DNA of 64,000 nucleotides from a virus: IMG/VR virus record IMGVR_UViG_3300031772_002569, positions 1 to 64,000 of that record; one strand, 5' to 3'. Shown piece by piece: positions 58,886 to 64,000 of this stretch (position 1 is its first letter; each line of letters starts with the position of its first letter). The notes under the pieces were generated by a model. It saw only the letters and a program-made list of their open reading frames with translations, ran no database searches and was not told where the DNA came from. The position numbers and the translations under genes were made by a program.

Positions 58886-59112
58886 GGCTTAGTCTTTCTC
58901 CTTTATATCAACCGATATAATGTGGTTATTAAAATTAGATTTCATATTACGAACTAAATATAAATATATTGTACTTTTTCAAAAGATAAATGAAAATAAA
59001 TTATTAAACAACATTTTAACGGTATTAGTTATAGAATCACGTTCTCCAAATTTTTCAGGAGAAAGAAACTTTATAATTAATTCTGTTTAGTATCAACCAA
59101 CTTGTAACATTT

Positions 59113-59391
59113 TCATTTCTTTTCAGGAACAAAAAGACCTTTATTTAAATCTAAATATCCCTCACCATAAACCTTTATCAACTTGTCTATTAATCCATTT
59201 TCCATGTTTTTCAGATTATTCCATTCATCCTGAAGGTCTTGTTCTTTTTTGGTTAGATTTTTTATAATTTCATCCACCTGCATTTTTTCAAGATATAAAA
59301 GACCCATCGAAAAAGTTTTCTCTTGAAACTTGTCTTGTAACATCTTAATTTCTGCCAATTCATTCTCTGATATTTTTATTGGTTCACTCAT
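59113..59391 (-). CDS. Small coiled-coil protein
   Basis: MSEPIKISENEL...YGEGYLDL; ATG at 59391 preferred. Confidence 0.65.
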   Translation of the reverse strand: MSEPIKISENELAEIKMLQDKFQEKTFSMGLLYLEKMQVDEIIKNLTKKEQDLQDEWNNLKNMENGLIDKLIKVYGEGYLDLNKGLFVPEKK

Positions 59392-59441
59392 AATACATTG
59401 TTGTTTTAGATACATACAACGTCCACCCGTATTTAGATTTA

Positions 59442-60383
59442 TTATTTTAAATCTACGTTAGGATCAAGAACTATCGGAGGAGAAGGAATCACTTCATCCT
59501 TTGGAAGATTTGGATAATTCTGATTACGAATCTTCTCTGAGTTAGTATCTGCAATATCAGAAAAATTAAAATCAGACAAAACCACTTCGGTTCCCATAAC
59601 GATTTTCTTTGGAGTAAAGTGTTTCTGTGTAGTAGGATGATGTCCACTCATATTATCTATGGTATCAGGCAACAAATATCCATAGACTATTAAATCAAAT
59701 TCGGTCTTTACAATCCTATCTTGGTCAACCTGTAATTCCACCGTATGAGAAAACGAATCTATCTTCGTTCTGAACCTAAGACCATTTGCAACTCCCCAAT
59801 AATCTTCGGTTTGAAAATTAATCTTCTCCATAATGGAATTGATTTGTTCTATGTATTCCGTCCATATAATAAAATGATAAGTAAATATCATGTGGTCGGG
59901 CATAATCACATCATATACTTCATTTACAGGAACATTCTTACCTATCAATACATTAAAAGGAGTATATCGATTTTTTGTAGAATATTTCTTCAAAACAGGA
60001 TAATGAAGATAACGATTGAACGTCATTAGATTCTGATTTTTTTCAGAATTAGTTCTCTTAAACACCAAAGCAGGTAAAATCATTTTACCATTGTAATCTC
60101 GTATGATTCCATCCTTTTGTATTGATTTCCACTTTTCAGGAGAAGCGTAATATAGAGGAACTTTTATCTTCTTACCATCATCAGTAACTTGAATCTCAAA
60201 CGTTTCAAGTTGTTTCATTACTGTAGTATCAATATCTATTAACCTTACAGTAAAATCTTTTTGTATGTCTGTATCCCTGCGGACCTGTTCCGCACGATTT
60301 ACATCCTTGCGTTCCTCGCCACGATTTACTCCTTCATTGGAATAATTCGGTGCTGGATTATTTGGATTTCCCTGCCAAGCCAT
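59442..60383 (-). CDS. Tail completion/terminator protein (gp15-like)
   Basis: IKVPLYYASPEKW, LPAL; position upstream of the sheath gene. Confidence 0.65.
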   Translation of the reverse strand: MAWQGNPNNPAPNYSNEGVNRGEERKDVNRAEQVRRDTDIQKDFTVRLIDIDTTVMKQLETFEIQVTDDGKKIKVPLYYASPEKWKSIQKDGIIRDYNGKMILPALVFKRTNSEKNQNLMTFNRYLHYPVLKKYSTKNRYTPFNVLIGKNVPVNEVYDVIMPDHMIFTYHFIIWTEYIEQINSIMEKINFQTEDYWGVANGLRFRTKIDSFSHTVELQVDQDRIVKTEFDLIVYGYLLPDTIDNMSGHHPTTQKHFTPKKIVMGTEVVLSDFNFSDIADTNSEKIRNQNYPNLPKDEVIPSPPIVLDPNVDLK

Positions 60384-60387
60384 AATA

Positions 60388-60861
60388 TTATTTCTGTCTT
60401 TCCACTAATGACAACTTAGACAATCTCGAATAATGAGTATTAACAATAATTGAATGGGATTTTTCTGCAATTCCACCCAAAAACTGTTCTTGAACAACAT
60501 TATCAATTTCATGATATCTATTGTTAAATTGAATTATATCTCCATTTTCTGGATAAATATTTACAAGTTGCAACATTTTTTCACGAAGCTTAAATACTAC
60601 TGTTTGGTTTCTATCAGAACCAAAATCGTCGAACGAAGTATCAATATCAGCCCTATCAACTAACGCCGTAATTTCTACTCCGGGATAATACATTTTTCCG
60701 GATTCAGGAGACGACTCTCCATACACATTCACTTTAATTTGTTGTGCACAGATTTTGAACAACAATACTTCAGTTTGAATAATTTCCCCCATCAATTCTC
60801 CATTAAAAGAATTGATTAAGTTTATATCCCTATCACTGAAAAATCTCCCTAATAATCCCAT
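60388..60861 (-). CDS. Neck/head-completion protein (gp14-like)
   Basis: NVYGES, YPENGDII..N.RYHEI; synteny. Confidence 0.65.
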   Translation of the reverse strand: MGLLGRFFSDRDINLINSFNGELMGEIIQTEVLLFKICAQQIKVNVYGESSPESGKMYYPGVEITALVDRADIDTSFDDFGSDRNQTVVFKLREKMLQLVNIYPENGDIIQFNNRYHEIDNVVQEQFLGGIAEKSHSIIVNTHYSRLSKLSLVERQK

Positions 60862-60864
60862 ATA

Positions 60865-61380
60865 TTACTTAGGTAAACTTACTGTTCCGTCATGCATATC
60901 AATGAGTTCTTCTGCTAATTTTTTAATCCTCGCATAAGTCTTATCATTACTATTCCCCCAAGCAATCCTATCACTCATAACCTCTAAAATCTCTTTTCCA
61001 ATTTGGAGTTCACGGCTTTCCTCCGGATTTGACATGTCGGTTTCATCATGATGAACTGATTGAACTGCTTCAACCGCTTCAACTGATTCGCTGTTACCTT
61101 CTGACTTAACGAACATCTCATTCAATTCATTATCAGAGTAATTAAATTCCTTAGCAATCTTCTTAGCTTCTTGTAAAGCGTGTCTTCGTGCTCCAGCAAT
61201 GTCTTTGATGAAACCCAAACCAACACCAACACACTCTATTTGACTATAGGAGACACTTTTTTCGCCGTTGGAAAACACTCGTTTAATTCCTGAACAAACG
61301 GTAGATTCATCCACTCCTTCAGTTAATAACACAAATCGGTTTCCATTTACGTTTTCGAACAATCTTTCTTTATTTTTCAT
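60865..61380 (-). CDS. Hypothetical protein
   Basis: 171 aa; N-terminal LLTE junction. Confidence 0.6.
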   Translation of the reverse strand: MKNKERLFENVNGNRFVLLTEGVDESTVCSGIKRVFSNGEKSVSYSQIECVGVGLGFIKDIAGARRHALQEAKKIAKEFNYSDNELNEMFVKSEGNSESVEAVEAVQSVHHDETDMSNPEESRELQIGKEILEVMSDRIAWGNSNDKTYARIKKLAEELIDMHDGTVSLPK

Positions 61381-61387
61381 AATTACT

Positions 61388-61618
61388 TTATTTTCTTTTG
61401 TTTTGTTGTTTTAATATTGTTAAAGCTTCTTTACAAGCTTGGTTAAACATATCCCTACTTGGGGAGTCCGCTCTAAAATTTGTCTTCAATAAATCGTAAG
61501 CCCTGCCGATATCGCCACTCACAAAATCGGATTCTTCTTCTACGTTTTGGACCATACTATTGACCCAATTTATCCAATTCTGGTCCTTTATCTCTTTTAC
61601 GATAGGTAATAGTTTCAT
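61388..61618 (-). CDS. Small hypothetical protein
   Basis: MKLLPIVKE leader; TATTTATA at 61628-61635. Confidence 0.55.
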   Translation of the reverse strand: MKLLPIVKEIKDQNWINWVNSMVQNVEEESDFVSGDIGRAYDLLKTNFRADSPSRDMFNQACKEALTILKQQNKRK

Positions 61619-61619
61619 A

Positions 61620-62789
61620 TTATCCTATATAAATAAGCAATGGAACTCTCTTTAATGTATCTTGAACGAATTCAGCCTCCCTAGCGCGATCTTCCATTTG
61701 TTGTTTCTTGCCAGTGGCCTCAAGACTTTCCCTCAACTCGGTTATATATTTTTCTTTTTCCTGTTGTGCTTCATTTCTAAGTTCCGCACCATCGAGAGTA
61801 ACCTCTCCTCCAGGAATAGGAATGGTTTGGTATTTTTGTCTAATTGAACCAAGTAGTTCCTTACATAGAGCAAGAAAATACTTCCTAATCCATTGCTTAC
61901 TAACATCGTTGATAGATCCATACACGATGTTATTATATGGAATATTTGAGAAATCGGATACAAATTGTCCAGCAGAACCAGATTGGAAAGACCCGCTAAA
62001 TCGTTCATTCTTTACGACATAATCGAAATATATACGAAACTGACTCTGAGGTATAGGAAACAATCTTAATTTATTGTTGACTATTTCAAAGGAAAAAGCA
62101 GACTTACGAACCATATCATTGAATTCAATAGCTTGACCACGAAGCAAATCTTCGAAAATAGGAGTCATAAGAAACTGAACAGCGGGAGAATATGCACCAA
62201 ATCCCAACTCATTCAAAACATTAGAATAACTCATACCAGTCATGGAGAATGGATCGTAAATACGAGCCATAGCAGGAGTTCTTTCATTAAAAACCCTCAT
62301 CACATCGATTTTATTAAAACTTTCAGATACGTTACCCCACAAGGATTGAATGTCGTATGTTTGTTGATATGGAACAGTTGTAATAGATCCGCGTTTCCAA
62401 TCGGTATTTCCACCAACACCAACTTCTGTTCCGTATCCCTTTGCCAACTCCACGATAACAGACATTGGGGTTCCGGTTACGTTTTGTCCGGACAAATTAC
62501 CTATTTGATTAATATTCTGTCCTTGAAATACCTGAATGTAATTACGAATATTGAACTGATTTAACTGAGCACCAAACTCATTGACAGCTTCTTCAAAACA
62601 CGCATAGAAATTTTTATCCAACATTTCTATATCAACAACGGGATATCCCAACCTCAAAGCTGCCCATACAGCCGCGCCCATCGCGTCTGATTGAAATTCT
62701 ATATCAGAATCATAAATTCCGAATGGTGTGCTGCTAGAGACTGCCGAACCGGACCCGGGCCACCTCACCCTATCTTGGTCAATTAACAT
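61620..62789 (-). CDS. Neck protein (gp13-like)
   Basis: RLGYPVVDIE, WIRKYFLALCKELLGSIRQKY..IPIPGGEVTLDG. Confidence 0.8.
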   Translation of the reverse strand: MLIDQDRVRWPGSGSAVSSSTPFGIYDSDIEFQSDAMGAAVWAALRLGYPVVDIEMLDKNFYACFEEAVNEFGAQLNQFNIRNYIQVFQGQNINQIGNLSGQNVTGTPMSVIVELAKGYGTEVGVGGNTDWKRGSITTVPYQQTYDIQSLWGNVSESFNKIDVMRVFNERTPAMARIYDPFSMTGMSYSNVLNELGFGAYSPAVQFLMTPIFEDLLRGQAIEFNDMVRKSAFSFEIVNNKLRLFPIPQSQFRIYFDYVVKNERFSGSFQSGSAGQFVSDFSNIPYNNIVYGSINDVSKQWIRKYFLALCKELLGSIRQKYQTIPIPGGEVTLDGAELRNEAQQEKEKYITELRESLEATGKKQQMEDRAREAEFVQDTLKRVPLLIYIG

Positions 62790-63760
62790 ACAACCCCCTT
62801 ATTATCAGATACATACATCATATTATGATTGAATTTTTTGATAGGAAAAACTTTGGTTTTATCTTTATTCCAATCATACCAATCTTTTTCCCACATATAA
62901 TAAATATGATAACCTAATTCGTTTAATCTATTAAACTTTTTGATTGTGTTATCATATAATTCTCCAAAAGTTTTATGACATTTTTTATTAAATTTAGAAT
63001 GTTCATATCGTATGGGATTTCCATGATAGTAATCTCCTAAGAATTCATAAATCTTTTTTCCTTTTATTCCATCTACTTTAAACGGATGAATTACCTTTTG
63101 TCGATTTTCTATCAAATCAGGTATTCTAATATAGTTTAAAAATTCAATTTCTGGTTTAGATATTTGTGTGACACATTTTAAACATCCCTTTCCTTCCATG
63201 TGTCCCCTCGCTCTCTGATAAAACCATCCATGAATAGGACATTTTATTTTGACTTTAGTTCTATTATTGATATAATTTACTTGGGAATAGTCATACTTGT
63301 TTTTGTGAATAATGTATGATTGTTTTATAAATTCATCTTTAGTCAATCTTACAGTTCCACCACACAACGGACATCCATCTTCATTTAAATGATCATTTGG
63401 AGATTGTGAAAATTTTCCGTGTAATTTACATATAATTACCACCTTTTCCCTATTATTATCACCATATTTAACAAATGAATAATCATACTTATTTGTATGA
63501 CATTTAACTGCTTTTTTTATAAATGATTCTGTAGTATCTCTAAATTTAATAGATAATTTTTGATTCTTACACTTTGGGCAACCACTTTTTTTACCAATAT
63601 GATTATCAGAAGAAACCATAAAAGTTCCGTGAATTTTACAACAAACTTGTAACTTCAATCTAGCAGAAACATAGATTGTATTAGAATAGTCATATTTTTT
63701 GTTGTGAACTTCTTTAGATCTCTTTATAAATTCCTCTGTAGTTATTCTTGATTTCATCAT
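62783..63760 (-). CDS. Putative homing endonuclease (DUF723-like repeats plus Vsr-like nuclease)
   Basis: Three FI....H..KYDYS...C..HG.F...H....GC..C repeats; VDG, YEFLGDYYHG, MWEKDW. Confidence 0.8.
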   Translation of the reverse strand: MMKSRITTEEFIKRSKEVHNKKYDYSNTIYVSARLKLQVCCKIHGTFMVSSDNHIGKKSGCPKCKNQKLSIKFRDTTESFIKKAVKCHTNKYDYSFVKYGDNNREKVVIICKLHGKFSQSPNDHLNEDGCPLCGGTVRLTKDEFIKQSYIIHKNKYDYSQVNYINNRTKVKIKCPIHGWFYQRARGHMEGKGCLKCVTQISKPEIEFLNYIRIPDLIENRQKVIHPFKVDGIKGKKIYEFLGDYYHGNPIRYEHSKFNKKCHKTFGELYDNTIKKFNRLNELGYHIYYMWEKDWYDWNKDKTKVFPIKKFNHNMMYVSDNKGVVC

Positions 63761-63818
63761 AAATAAGTAGTCATTAGGGTTATCTCAACGTATTTATAGA
63801 TGATGAATTATATTATCA

Positions 63819-64000
63819 ATGAAAATTATATTATACAATTTAATAAATGAGATTTTGTTAGAAACATCCGACGCAAAATCCACCTTCATTCTCGGTAGAG
63901 TTTCCGATGATGGAGAGGTTGACAAATGGGAATTTGATGATACGGTAACTGCCACACATCCTTCGACTTGGTATTCAAGTCACTATGAACGTTGGAGATA
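63819..64000 (+). CDS. Divergent late gene, 3' truncated (not in the ORF track)
   Basis: MKIILYNLINEILLETSDAKSTFILGRVSDDGEV...THPSTWYSSHYERWR; TATTTATA at 63791-63798. Confidence 0.6.
   Translation, partial: MKIILYNLINEILLETSDAKSTFILGRVSDDGEVDKWEFDDTVTATHPSTWYSSHYERWR

Noticed and set aside
24591-58966. Plus-strand TATAAATA hits as canonical T4 late promoters driving plus-strand transcripts
   Set aside because: In T4 orientation they would point away from the adjacent genes; plus-strand genes carry the reverse-complement form instead.
1-64000. Stop-codon reassignment (alternative genetic code)
   Set aside because: Conserved genes are full length in the standard code and end in TAA, TAG and TGA; coding density is high.
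1-64000. tRNA or structured RNA genes
   Set aside because: No cloverleaf or T-loop signature recognised by eye in the short intergenic gaps; tRNAscan/Infernal would be needed to exclude them fully.

Overview
AT-rich, gene-dense segment of a large T4-like (contractile-tailed) bacteriophage genome, read in the standard genetic code. No rRNA, tRNA, CRISPR array or integrase was recognised. Layout: (1) 1-14.3 kb, a glycan-biosynthesis island (about 8 glycosyltransferase-like genes, 4 methyltransferases, rmlA, rmlB and an NRS/ER-type RmlD-like reductase, no rmlC). (2) 14.5-25.4 kb, dNMP kinase, a gp62-like clamp-loader subunit, a MoxR AAA/vWA pair and three Mom/DUF4338 GNAT-like genes. (3) 26-36.8 kb, replication and recombination genes (class II RNR, gp41-like helicase, 5'-3' exonuclease, UvsX/RecA, gp32-like SSB, a short family-A polymerase). 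(4) 36.9-63.8 kb, the tail/neck module (hub, LysM, tape measure, gp26/gp51-like chaperone, tube, sheath, gp15/14/13), interrupted by endonuclease genes, a repeat-rich origin-like region and modular late proteins. Top leads: a family of late proteins with a shared KxxIxE-type leader and internal (L/I)xE junctions that looks like capsid-packaged, protease-processed enzyme cargo; a candidate +1 frameshift (UCC UUU CUA) in the tail chaperone; multiple Mom/DUF4338 paralogues; a late-promoter motif that is the reverse complement of T4's; and a possible virion-glycosylation system. All family assignments come from motif recognition by eye, not database searches.
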